A stretch of 64,000 nt of DNA from SAR202 cluster bacterium (lineage in GTDB: Bacteria > Chloroflexota > Dehalococcoidia > Lucifugimonadales > GCA-2719675). Shown here in pieces: positions 8,999 to 18,496 of the stretch. Below the pieces are notes generated by a model. The model was not told the origin of the DNA, ran no database searches, and worked only from the letters and a program-made list of their open reading frames with translations. Each line of letters begins with the position of its first letter. The stretch's first letter is position 1. Made by a program: the position numbers and the translations under genes. Location of the stretch: assembly GCA_009392295.1 (NCBI GenBank), contig VFGW01000017.1, forward strand, positions 59,933 through 123,932, read 5' to 3'.

Positions 8999-9569
8999 TA
9001 GTATCTTTAACGATTGCATCTTTAAGAAATTTTTCAGCCCACTCGCTTGTAAGGTCTTCAAGTTTTTTATACATTGGCTGATAAGTTGCATGACCGCTTT
9101 TTACAGGGTTTCCAAAAGGAATAAATCCTAATCGTCTATATAACTTTTCTTGTGTAGCAATGCCTGAAATTAAAGCTATATCGAATCCTTTTTTGACACA
9201 AACAAGTGCAAGCTTGGTTAGTAGTCCTTGTAAAATTCTGCCACTCCTTCTGTTGTTTTCGATTGACAACAATCTGATTTCACACGGATTAAATTTATTT
9301 GAAAAAAAAGAATCTAAGTCAGGTATTTTTTGATCTAAAGAAAAGGGTCTATTTCCTCTTAACGAAACCATTGCTATTACCTGTTTATTTTCTAAGCAAA
9401 TGATATAGGTGTTTTCAGCATGAAACTTGTCTACCAAGTATTTTTTTGGATTTTGTGGATGCTGCTTAATTTCTTCTACAAAAGTTTTGTAGTTAAGTTT
9501 GTTGATTTGGTCAAATTCTTCATCTGTTGATGCAATTTTAAATTGCAATTTAGAATCTAATTTAGACAA
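8991..9569 (-). CDS. GNAT-superfamily acyltransferase (possibly N-acyl-amino-acid-synthase-like)
   Basis: 192 aa. The C-terminal half has a GNAT-like segment, RRSGRILQGLLTKLALVCVKKGFD...LYRRLGFIPFG. The N-terminal FKIASTDEEFDQINKLNYKTFVEE resembles acyl-amino-acid synthase-type GNATs (from memory, not verified). Confidence 0.6.
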   Translation of the reverse strand: MSKLDSKLQFKIASTDEEFDQINKLNYKTFVEEIKQHPQNPKKYLVDKFHAENTYIICLENKQVIAMVSLRGNRPFSLDQKIPDLDSFFSNKFNPCEIRLLSIENNRRSGRILQGLLTKLALVCVKKGFDIALISGIATQEKLYRRLGFIPFGNPVKSGHATYQPMYKKLEDLTSEWAEKFLKDAIVKDTNE

Positions 9570-9617
9570 TGATTTTACCTACTTTGATAAACTACAAAAG
9601 TTTTGAAATGTATTGTA

Positions 9618-10199
9618 CTAGCTATTCTTGGATTTTAAAATTTCTTTTAAGTTGTTTCTGTGTGCAAAAAAGACAAGTATTGCACTGATTGTAATTCCAA
9701 CCGTTTCAATTGGTTTTTGTGCAGACGCGAAAACACCAATAGGGGTCAATATAACCATCAATAGGACCCCAAGGGTTAAATTTTTGAAAATTGTTGAAGC
9801 TATAGGTATCATTATTAAGCCTAAAGTTGATACCCTCCAATTGACAATTAACATGATGCCTAAAAATGGCCCTAAACCCTTGCCCCCTTTGAATTGCATT
9901 GTTACAGGATATATGTGCCCCAAAATAACAAGTATGCCAGAAAATGCAGATATAGCTTCATGGGTGCCAAGCAATTTTAGAATCACAAACATAGCTATAG
10001 AGCCTTTTAGTATATCTGCAAGAATAGTTATTAAAAACCCTAGCTTGTCAGTGTTTCTGTAGACATTCATTGCACCTGTGCTACCTGAACCCAATTTTCT
10101 AATGTCAGTTTTTCGAAAAATTTTTGAATATAGAAATCCAGATGGGAAAGTACCCATAAAATATGAGAATAGGAATAAGATGATTGTTTCAAGTAGCAT
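9618..10199 (-). CDS. plsY: glycerol-3-phosphate acyltransferase PlsY
   Basis: 193 aa polytopic protein with GSGSTGAMNVYR and KGGKGLG motifs characteristic of PlsY. Confidence 0.85.
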   Translation of the reverse strand: MLLETIILFLFSYFMGTFPSGFLYSKIFRKTDIRKLGSGSTGAMNVYRNTDKLGFLITILADILKGSIAMFVILKLLGTHEAISAFSGILVILGHIYPVTMQFKGGKGLGPFLGIMLIVNWRVSTLGLIMIPIASTIFKNLTLGVLLMVILTPIGVFASAQKPIETVGITISAILVFFAHRNNLKEILKSKNS

Positions 10200-10397
10200 G
10201 TGTTGATTTTTTTCAGAAAATTACACTTATTATACAGTTAATATAGTTTAGGTGTCACGTAGACATTTTCTATTTTTCTAGTTGTTTTAATAGTAAAATT
10301 TTGTTAATCTTTAGCTATAGATTTGTAGGTGTTAACATTTATATTAAATAACCTAGATTCTAATATTACGTTTTAATGTTTTAAAGAGGTGCTTTAG

Positions 10398-11499
10398 ATG
10401 AACTCAGAAAGGCTGAGGATTAATAATTCGTTAGAAAGAGTTTCTAGAATCATGGTGCGTCTTTGACGCAGAATTAAAAACTAAAAAAATTCTTCAAATC
10501 GAAAAAGAAATTTCTACAGAAGGCTTCTGGGACAATTCATTTGTTGCACAAAAAAAAATGAAAGAATTATCTATTCTTAAAAATCAGTTGGACCCGTGGG
10601 TAAAATTTCGAAGGGACTTAGAAAACTTGATAGATATTTGTGATTTAGTTGAAAATGAATTTGATGAAACATTGGCAAAAGATATTGTTGTAGAATTAGA
10701 TTCTATGGACAATGATATTAATACTGAAGAATTCAAAGTTTCATTGTCAGGATCTTATGATTATAGGTCAGCTATTTTTTCAATTCATTCTGGTGCCGGA
10801 GGATTAGAAGCTGAGGATTGGGCCCAGATGTTATTTAGAATGTATACAAAATGGTCTGATCAAAAAAAATTTAATTTCACTGTACTAAGTGCTTCGGTTG
10901 GAGAAGAGGGAGGTTTAAAAAGCATAGTTGTGGAAGTTAAAGGAGATTATGCTTTCGGATATTTGAAATCTGAAAAAGGTGTGCACAGATTAGTTAGAAT
11001 TTCACCATTTGATTCTGATCACGCAAGGCATACATCCTTTGCATTGGTTGAAGTGTTGCCTGAAGTAGAAGATGATTTGGAAATTTCGATTGATCCTTCA
11101 GATCTCAAGATAGACGTGTTTAAAGCGGGTGGAGCTGGAGGTCAAAGTGTACAAAAAAACTCTACTGCTGTTCGAATCACTCATGTTCCTACAGGAATTA
11201 AGGTAAGTTGCCAAAATGAAAGATCTCAATACCAAAATAAAACAATTGCAATGAAAATACTTTCTTCTAGGTTGTTACAGCAAAATATTAATGATAAAGC
11301 CCAGGAGATTAATAAGCTTAAGGGGGAACATATTTCCGCTGAATGGGGTAATCAAATTAGAAGTTATGTTTTGCATCCTTATACTATGGTGAAAGATCAT
11401 CGGACTGGATTAAATGTATCTAATGCAGAAGCGGTTTTAAATGGAGATATACAAGGATTTATTGATGAATATTTAAGAAAGAATATTCCTGTTGAATAG
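10398..11499 (+). CDS. prfB: peptide chain release factor 2, expressed through a programmed +1 frameshift (10398..10463 joined to 10465..11499)
   Basis: Frame 0 reads MNSERLRINNSLERVSRIMVRL and then TGA at 10464..10466. The +1 frame continues DAELKTKKILQIEKEISTEGFWDN... into the track ORF (10558..11499), which carries the SPF (RISPFDS) and GGQ (GAGGQSVQ) motifs. The slippery site is CTT TGA C. Confidence 0.9.
10461..10467 (+). other. RF2 autoregulatory +1 frameshift site CTT-TGA-C
   Basis: CTTTGAC with an SD-like GGTG (10454..10457) 3 nt upstream. This is the same layout as the classical prfB recoding site. Confidence 0.85.
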
Positions 11500-11542
11500 G
11501 CTTGGTAATTGATTAAATTTTGACAGAAAGTTTTGAGGAAAA

Positions 11543-13237
11543 ATGAAAAAAATATTTATAACGTTAATAAGTTTAGCTATTTTAATGACATTAGGTTGCT
11601 CTAACGATAACCAATCTAATGTAAATCTTAATGTCAATGATTCTAATAAAGAAGAACAGTCTACTGATTCTAAATCTATGCAATCCACGGGAAATAGTGA
11701 AAAATCAGAGATTGAGTCAGCCTCCAAAAACGAAGGGGGGACATTTAGGAGGCTATGGTCTGATCCTCCTACTTTAGATCCTCATTTAACAAAAGATACG
11801 ACTTCTGCAGGAATTGTTGTTGAGATATTTAGCGGCTTAGTAGGATTAGATACTGATTTAGGCCTTGTAAACGATTTGGCAGAGAGTTGGGATCTTGATA
11901 GTACGGGAACAATTTACACATTTAAAATACGAGGCAATGCAAAATTTCATAATGGGAAAAAAGTTACGGCAGAGGATGTCAGGTGGTCTTTTGAAAGGTC
12001 AGCAAGTAAGGAAACAGCATCTCCTGTAGCAGAGACCTATCTTGGCGACATTGTGGGCTTGAAAGATTATATGGATGGAAATGCGGATAGTATAAAAGGG
12101 ATAAAAGTAATTGATGAGGAAACTATTCAGATTACTATTGATGCTCCTAAGCCATATTTTTTGGCTAAATTATCTTATCCTACTTCTTATGTTTTAGATC
12201 GGGATGTAGTTACGTCTGGGGGAAGAAATTGGTGGATGGAAAATGCAGTAGGCACCGGGCCATTTAAACTTTCAGAATATAAAATTGGAGAAAGGATAGT
12301 TTTAACCAGAAATGATGAATATCATTTGGGACCAATTGATGTTTATAAGGTAGAAATGTATTTGGGTGGCGGACAATCTATGGCAATGTATGAAAATGAT
12401 GAAATTGATATTACAGGTGTTGGTTTATTTGATTTGGAGAGGGTTTTAGATCCTAATGAGCCGCTTAATAAAGATTTAGTTATTGCGCCTCCTGGATTTA
12501 GTATTTCTTATATCGGATTCAATACAACAATGCCACCTTTTGATGACTTAAAATTTAGGCAAGCTTTAAATCATGCAATAGATAAAAAAATGATTGCTAA
12601 AGATGTTTTGTCTGATTTGGTAGTTCCTGCCTATCGTATTTTGCCTCCAGGATTTCCCGGTAGAAGCGAAGGAGTTGATGGTTTAGAATATGACGAAAAT
12701 TTAGCAAAGAAATTATTTGAAGAGTCAAAATACTCGGATCTTTCATCAATGCCAAGGATCACTGTTACCGTACCAGGTACTGGTGGCACTTTAGGCTTAG
12801 ATTTGGAAGTAATATTAGAAATGTGGAAACAAACATTAGGCATAGAAGTTGAAATCCAGCAGGTGGAATGGGCAACTTTCCTCGAAGAATTGGACAGAGA
12901 GGCTTTACAAGTTTATGCAGGCCTTGGCTGGGAGGCAGATTATCCCGATCCTCAAGACTTTTTGGATATTTTGTTCCATTCAGAAAGTTCACAAAATCAT
13001 GGACAACATTCAAACATTCAATTGGACAATATTCTTGAAAAGGCAAGAATCGAACAAGACGTAAGTAAGAGAATCGCGTTGTATCGTGATGCAGAACAAA
13101 TTATTGTTGATCAGGCCTATTGGGTTCCCTTATGGTTTACAGGGGAACAATATGCATTAGTAAAACCTAGGGTTATAGGTTATGAGTTAACCCCTATGAC
13201 CGTGCCTAAATTAAGTAAGTTGAAAATATCTGACTAG
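11543..13237 (+). CDS. ABC transporter substrate-binding lipoprotein, peptide/nickel (family 5) type
   Basis: 564 aa with a signal peptide and lipobox (LMTLGCS). Its size and sequence are typical of OppA/DppA-like binding proteins, and two Dpp/Opp-type permease genes follow. Confidence 0.85.
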   Translation: MKKIFITLISLAILMTLGCSNDNQSNVNLNVNDSNKEEQSTDSKSMQSTGNSEKSEIESASKNEGGTFRRLWSDPPTLDPHLTKDTTSAGIVVEIFSGLVGLDTDLGLVNDLAESWDLDSTGTIYTFKIRGNAKFHNGKKVTAEDVRWSFERSASKETASPVAETYLGDIVGLKDYMDGNADSIKGIKVIDEETIQITIDAPKPYFLAKLSYPTSYVLDRDVVTSGGRNWWMENAVGTGPFKLSEYKIGERIVLTRNDEYHLGPIDVYKVEMYLGGGQSMAMYENDEIDITGVGLFDLERVLDPNEPLNKDLVIAPPGFSISYIGFNTTMPPFDDLKFRQALNHAIDKKMIAKDVLSDLVVPAYRILPPGFPGRSEGVDGLEYDENLAKKLFEESKYSDLSSMPRITVTVPGTGGTLGLDLEVILEMWKQTLGIEVEIQQVEWATFLEELDREALQVYAGLGWEADYPDPQDFLDILFHSESSQNHGQHSNIQLDNILEKARIEQDVSKRIALYRDAEQIIVDQAYWVPLWFTGEQYALVKPRVIGYELTPMTVPKLSKLKISD

Positions 13238-13296
13238 TGATTATGTTTTTCTAAACTATTTGGGATTAAATCAAAATTTGAGATAAAGTATTTGAA

Positions 13297-14250
13297 ATGT
13301 GGAATTATATTATTCGTAGATTGTTTTGGGTTCCATTTTTACTTTTAGTTGTTTCTTTTGTTACTTTTTTGTTGTTTCGTATGGGGCCGGGTGATCCAGT
13401 TTTAGTGATTTTGGGAAACAAGTATGATCCCCAATCTCAATCAGCTGTAAACCTCAGGGAAGAACTTGGAATTGACAAGCCATTAATGGTTCAATTTGTC
13501 AATTATGCAAGAGATTTTTTTCAAGGAGATTTTGGGGAAAGTTATAGGTATAGAGGTCAGCCTGTGAGAGATTTGATTGCAGCAAAAATGTGGGTTTCAG
13601 CGCAATTATCTTTGGCAGCCCTTTTGATTAGTACAATTATTGGTATTCCATTGGGTTTTTTTATTGCACATAAGCAAGGTAAGTGGCAGGATCCTACGAT
13701 TGTAACTATTTGTCTTGTGGTGATGTCTATTCCTGTTATGGTATTTGTTCCAGTTCTTTTGTGGCTGTTATGTTTGAAAAATTTATGGATACCTTTTTGG
13801 GGAGGGATACCTTGTTCAGGTTGGGGAGGGTTATTTGATCAAAGAATTATTGTTCCGGCTTTATCAATGGGCCTACCCGGAGTTGCTGTTTTTGTTAGAC
13901 TTATGCGAGCGTCTACTTTAGATGTGATGAAACAGGATTATATTGTTACTGCCCACTCAAAAGGACTGAGCCCCTTTGTGATAGATATTAGGCATGTATT
14001 TCGTAATTCGGTTATTCCTATAATTACTATTTTGTCTTTTTCTTTAGCCGGATTGATAGGAGGCGCAATTATAACTGAAACAATTATGGGAATACCGGGA
14101 ATTGGAAGATTAGCAGTGCAATCAGTATTTGATAGAGATTATCCAGTAATTATGGCCATCACTTTGGTAACTGCAGGTTTTTTTGCAATCGCAAATTTAT
14201 TTGCAGATATTATGTATGCCTTAGTTGATCCTAGAATTCGATATGGATGA
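13297..14250 (+). CDS. ABC transporter permease (DppB/OppB-like)
   Basis: N-terminus MWNYIIRRLFWVPFLLLVVSFVTFLL...GPGDP and six TM segments. ATGA overlap with the next permease gene. Confidence 0.85.
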   Translation: MWNYIIRRLFWVPFLLLVVSFVTFLLFRMGPGDPVLVILGNKYDPQSQSAVNLREELGIDKPLMVQFVNYARDFFQGDFGESYRYRGQPVRDLIAAKMWVSAQLSLAALLISTIIGIPLGFFIAHKQGKWQDPTIVTICLVVMSIPVMVFVPVLLWLLCLKNLWIPFWGGIPCSGWGGLFDQRIIVPALSMGLPGVAVFVRLMRASTLDVMKQDYIVTAHSKGLSPFVIDIRHVFRNSVIPIITILSFSLAGLIGGAIITETIMGIPGIGRLAVQSVFDRDYPVIMAITLVTAGFFAIANLFADIMYALVDPRIRYG

Positions 14251-15221
14251 AATTAATGATTCATGACGAAAAAACAGAAAAAGAAATTACAACTTTTAAA
14301 AATGAAGGGCACATACATAGAGCCTTTTCAAGGCTAGTTAAAAAAAAATTAGCATTGGCATGTTTAGTAATTTTGGCAATAATTTATTTGTCAGGTATAA
14401 GCGTTGATTTTATTTCTCCTTATGGGTATACAGATCAAGATTATACTCAAATCAGACAAAGTCCAAATTCTTCTCATTGGCTAGGTACGGATCGTGCAGG
14501 AAGAGACGTGTTTACACGAGTTCTTTGGGGTGTACAAAACACATTGATTTTAACTTTTGTGAGTATGTTAACAGGAGGTTTGGTTTTAGGGATAACAATG
14601 GGCTTGTTTAGTGGGTATTTTGGTGGCTATGTAGATGCAGTTATACAAAGATCTGGAGAAGTTGTTTCTTCAATTCCTACATTTTTTTTGATTTTAATTA
14701 TTTCAGCAACTGTTAGGCCTAGGATTATTGAGTTTGTTAGGTTGATAGAAGATAATACTGTATTGGAAGGTTTGATCAGAGGTGGAATTGTTGATTATTT
14801 TGTAATTTCTTTATCCTTGGTAAGCTTTGGTTGGATAGGTACAGCTAGGTTAGTTAGAGGCCAAATACTATATCTTAAAGAGACCCAATTTATTGATGCA
14901 GCTAGATCAATAGGGGTATCAACTTTTAATATTTTGTTCAGACATTTATTGCCCAATGCAATTAGTCCTTTAATTGTTACTGTCACAATGGGAATGGGGT
15001 CAATGATTGGAGCTGAAATATTTTTGAGTTGGATAGGCCTTGGAATTCAACCTCCTAGGCCTTCATTAGGTGTGATGCTATGGGAGAGTGGTAACATTAG
15101 TGTTATTCGCACTGAACCTTGGTTAATGTTTGCACCCGGAACGGTTGCATTTTTGATGGTCTTGTCTTGGAATTTATTAGGTGATGCATTGAATGATGTT
15201 TTTAACCCTAGGACTTATTAA
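14247..15221 (+). CDS. ABC transporter permease (DppC/OppC-like)
   Basis: WLGTDRAGRDVFTRVLWG motif and a polytopic layout. Confidence 0.85.
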   Translation: MKLMIHDEKTEKEITTFKNEGHIHRAFSRLVKKKLALACLVILAIIYLSGISVDFISPYGYTDQDYTQIRQSPNSSHWLGTDRAGRDVFTRVLWGVQNTLILTFVSMLTGGLVLGITMGLFSGYFGGYVDAVIQRSGEVVSSIPTFFLILIISATVRPRIIEFVRLIEDNTVLEGLIRGGIVDYFVISLSLVSFGWIGTARLVRGQILYLKETQFIDAARSIGVSTFNILFRHLLPNAISPLIVTVTMGMGSMIGAEIFLSWIGLGIQPPRPSLGVMLWESGNISVIRTEPWLMFAPGTVAFLMVLSWNLLGDALNDVFNPRTY

Positions 15222-16626
15222 TTTTTTTTGATTTTGACGCTAAAATAATAAGCAATATAATTATTCCTCCAAAGCTTAAATCTTTTGCGGTGGACCCGCT
15301 TGTACCGCAGGATACTTGCGTAAATGGTTGAGGTTCATCATTTTTGTTTGACTTAATAGTTTCAGCACCTGGTTGAGGGGTTAATGAAAAAAGTTTAAGT
15401 TTTTTTTGTGGTACAGCCGTTGGTTTCGCTGATTGGGTTTTTTCTTTCAGATATAAGGGTGCCTTGACTGAACTGCGCCATTCATTTTCTATATCTATGA
15501 GGGTTTTTTTATAGACAATTTTGATAGCATCTGGTAATTTTGTGCCTTTTTTCATTTGGGCCATCAATTCTCTCATTTTAGGGTTCCCGTATTTTGAAAT
15601 AATCATCGAAACGAGAGATCTACTTTGTCCATAAAAAATTATTACATCTTCGGGAGAGGAAGGAACTTTTTGAGACGATGTAATTGGCGTGATCAATCTA
15701 TTTGTTCCTATAGCAAATTCTAATGCTAAATCATAGGAATAGCTTGGTTGAATGTTTCCGTATTCTGCAAGGCCTTCGTCAAGCCATTGTGGCAGTTTAT
15801 ATATTCTACCTTCACCAGCTCTATGCGATAGAATGTGAATGGCTTCGTGTGAGGCTGTTCCGGCGGCAAGTTGCCCAGAGCCAAGAACTAATACGGTACC
15901 ATATGATGTGAACGCCTGGCCTTCAGTGACCAATTCTCTACTAATTGTTTTGCTTTTAGCTGGCAGCGCGCCTATCATTTCTTTATAATTATTATATAGG
16001 GTTACCCTGATAGGTAGATTGATTTTTTCATTATCAAAATTAAAAAGAACAGGGTTCATTCTATCTACGGTTTGATTAATAGCATCCAGTACTGTTTCAG
16101 CTCTTTTTTTTACTGGCCCATGGTAGGCAACATTGACCATGTCGTTAGAAACATACTGCCATTCAAACCTAGAGTCTAAATAAAGTGTTTTTTTAGTTTT
16201 AGTTATCGATTTGTTTCCATTTATATCTGTAATTTCATAATTATAATTGATAAATGTATTTGGAGGCACATACTTAGCAGGAGTATCAGTTCTCCAGAAA
16301 AAACGTGCAGTTGTATTTCTTAAACTATTGTTTTTACCTAGCTCCATGTAGTTATAAGCTCCGCGTTCTTGAGTACCGAATTTAATCATTAATTTGATTG
16401 ATTGGATTTCATTAGGATTTGAAAATTCAGATTCAAATTTTATTCCTTGGGGGAAATCACTTGTAATTTTTTCTGATAGGATTTGAGTTGAAGTTTCTTC
16501 TGCTGAGAGAGTATTGATTTGATAATAATTTATTACAAGGAACAGAGTTAATGTTAATGAAGTAAATGAAATAAAGATAATTGTCTTTAGGCTGTAAAAA
16601 TCTTTAATATTTGTAGTTGGCTTCAT
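15208..16626 (-). CDS. membrane-anchored peptidase-MA-like zinc metalloprotease (putative)
   Basis: N-terminal TM segment, HEAIH (15835..15849) followed by WLDEGLAEY as in Peptidase_MA-type proteins, and a C-terminal hydrophobic helix plus basic tail (GGIIILLIILASKSKKINKS). Confidence 0.55.
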   Translation of the reverse strand: MKPTTNIKDFYSLKTIIFISFTSLTLTLFLVINYYQINTLSAEETSTQILSEKITSDFPQGIKFESEFSNPNEIQSIKLMIKFGTQERGAYNYMELGKNNSLRNTTARFFWRTDTPAKYVPPNTFINYNYEITDINGNKSITKTKKTLYLDSRFEWQYVSNDMVNVAYHGPVKKRAETVLDAINQTVDRMNPVLFNFDNEKINLPIRVTLYNNYKEMIGALPAKSKTISRELVTEGQAFTSYGTVLVLGSGQLAAGTASHEAIHILSHRAGEGRIYKLPQWLDEGLAEYGNIQPSYSYDLALEFAIGTNRLITPITSSQKVPSSPEDVIIFYGQSRSLVSMIISKYGNPKMRELMAQMKKGTKLPDAIKIVYKKTLIDIENEWRSSVKAPLYLKEKTQSAKPTAVPQKKLKLFSLTPQPGAETIKSNKNDEPQPFTQVSCGTSGSTAKDLSFGGIIILLIILASKSKKINKS

Positions 16627-16656
16627 TTCAGGAATTTCTCCAAAATGTTTGAATAA

Positions 16657-17271
16657 TTAATTATATTTATTTGCAGTTTTGAGCATTGAGTTTATTAGAG
16701 AAATTCTTTGAATGAAAGTTATTATTGAAAGAATTGAAATAATTATCAGGGAATATAAAATTGCATCTATAAAAAACGTTTCGATAATAATTCCTAATAC
16801 TAATACTACAATTCTTTCTCCACGAGTCATTATCCCTACACTACATTTTATGTTTAAACTTTCTGCCTTTGAACGGGCATAACTTACTAGGCCTGATAAA
16901 CTTAAGGACGTAATCAGGAAGAAGTGGTGTAGTATGTCAAAATTGCTAGAATGAAAATATATTAGAATTCCAATAAAAACTAATATTTCTCCAATTCTAT
17001 CGCAGATAGAGTCAAGTACGGCCCCAGACTTGCTGGTTTGTTTGTTTCTTCTGGCCATTTCTCCGTCAAGCAAATCAAAAAAACCCGAAAGAAGCAAAAT
17101 TAATCCTCCGTAGAACATTAAGTTTTGCGAAATTAACGTTGACGCAATCGCTGAAACTATTAGCCCTGCAACAGTTAGATGATTGGGCGTAATTTTTGTC
17201 TTTCTTAGTAGAATTACTATAGGACCTGACATGTAATTAGATATTAATTGTTTAATTTTAATTCTAGTCAA
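16657..17271 (-). CDS. CDP-alcohol phosphatidyltransferase family protein
   Basis: Signature D-G-x2-A-R-x8-G-x3-D-x3-D is present as DLLDGEMARRNKQTSKSGAVLDSICD. Polytopic, 204 aa. The alcohol substrate cannot be assigned. Confidence 0.8.
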   Translation of the reverse strand: MTRIKIKQLISNYMSGPIVILLRKTKITPNHLTVAGLIVSAIASTLISQNLMFYGGLILLLSGFFDLLDGEMARRNKQTSKSGAVLDSICDRIGEILVFIGILIYFHSSNFDILHHFFLITSLSLSGLVSYARSKAESLNIKCSVGIMTRGERIVVLVLGIIIETFFIDAILYSLIIISILSIITFIQRISLINSMLKTANKYN

Positions 17272-17666
17272 AATATTTTCCGTGTTATAAATTTAGATTA
17301 AAAATAACTGATTTTAAATTATTGAATATGTAACTCTTAGTTGAGAGACTCTTTATTATTTTATATCTAATTGTATTTGATTAAAAGCAATTGAAGTTGA
17401 ATCTAAAAATAATTACATGAATAGTGGTTATATCATAGCTTTTTATTTTAGGCATTGGAGGAAAATACCCAAGTAGTACGATAATATAACATATATTAGG
17501 CAAGTTATGATATTTTTCAATAGATTGAATTTAGCTTTATATTTGTTAGCTAAGATATAGCTGAAAATTTTATGAGGCCAAAAGATCTCATTGGGTGACT
17601 AATCTTAATATAAAATGATATAATTCTTGATATTAATAAATCCCCAAAAGTATTCTAGAGGTTTTG

Positions 17667-18449
17667 ATGCTTTTAGCTGTTGATATTGGAAATACCAATA
17701 TAAATATTGGGCTTTTTGATTTAACAAAATCAAAAGATCAATATAATCCTATTTTCACCTGGAAGATGGCTACTGCCCCGTCACGTATGGTAGACGAATA
17801 TGGAATTTTGTTCGGAGATTTATTAAGTAGCCAGGAGCTATCTGTTGATATTGTTAAAGACGTTATAGTTTCTAGTGTAGTCCCTCCGCTTACAAATGTT
17901 TTTATTGAAGTTTTTAAGAAATATTTTTCTGTTATTCCTGTTGTTGTTGGTTCTGGCATTAAGACAGGAGTGAAAATTGTTTATGACAGCCCCAGAGATG
18001 TTGGTTCAGATAGGATCGCTGATGCAGCAGCTATACTTAAACTGTATAGTAAGCCTGCTATAGTCGTCGATTTTGGAACTGCAACTGTATTTGATGCTAT
18101 TTCTGAGGAAGGACAATACATTGGGGGCTCTATTGTGCCAGGGATAGCTGTTTCAGCGGATGCTTTATATCATGGGACATCTCAATTACGTAGGGTTGAC
18201 TTGAAGATTCCCGATAAAGTTATCGGCAAAAATACTATTAACGCATTGCAATCTGGTTTAATAGTTGGTCATATTTCGATGGTTGAAGGAATGATAACAA
18301 GATTTAAGCAAGAATTGACTGGTAATCCAGTGGTGGTAGCTACAGGAGGATTTGCGGAATTAATTAATCAAAATACGAATGTTTTTGATTATGTTGATTT
18401 AAATTTAACGCTGTCAGGCTTGAGTTGTATATTTGAACTTAATCAATAG
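17667..18449 (+). CDS. coaX: type III pantothenate kinase
   Basis: LLAVDIGNTNINIG N-terminus and an ASKHA fold pattern (VVDFGTATVFD, ATGG). ATG 17667 is preferred; the track starts at TTG 17664. Confidence 0.85.
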   Translation: MLLAVDIGNTNINIGLFDLTKSKDQYNPIFTWKMATAPSRMVDEYGILFGDLLSSQELSVDIVKDVIVSSVVPPLTNVFIEVFKKYFSVIPVVVGSGIKTGVKIVYDSPRDVGSDRIADAAAILKLYSKPAIVVDFGTATVFDAISEEGQYIGGSIVPGIAVSADALYHGTSQLRRVDLKIPDKVIGKNTINALQSGLIVGHISMVEGMITRFKQELTGNPVVVATGGFAELINQNTNVFDYVDLNLTLSGLSCIFELNQ

Positions 18450-18496
18450 AAATAATATGATAATTAACAACACGAAGTTTGAATGAATTAATTAAG

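Noticed and set aside
8999-9091. Track start of the aminotransferase, 93 nt further upstream.
   Set aside because: It would overlap the GNAT gene by 101 nt. The family N-terminus (FLPGPV) begins right after Met at 8998.
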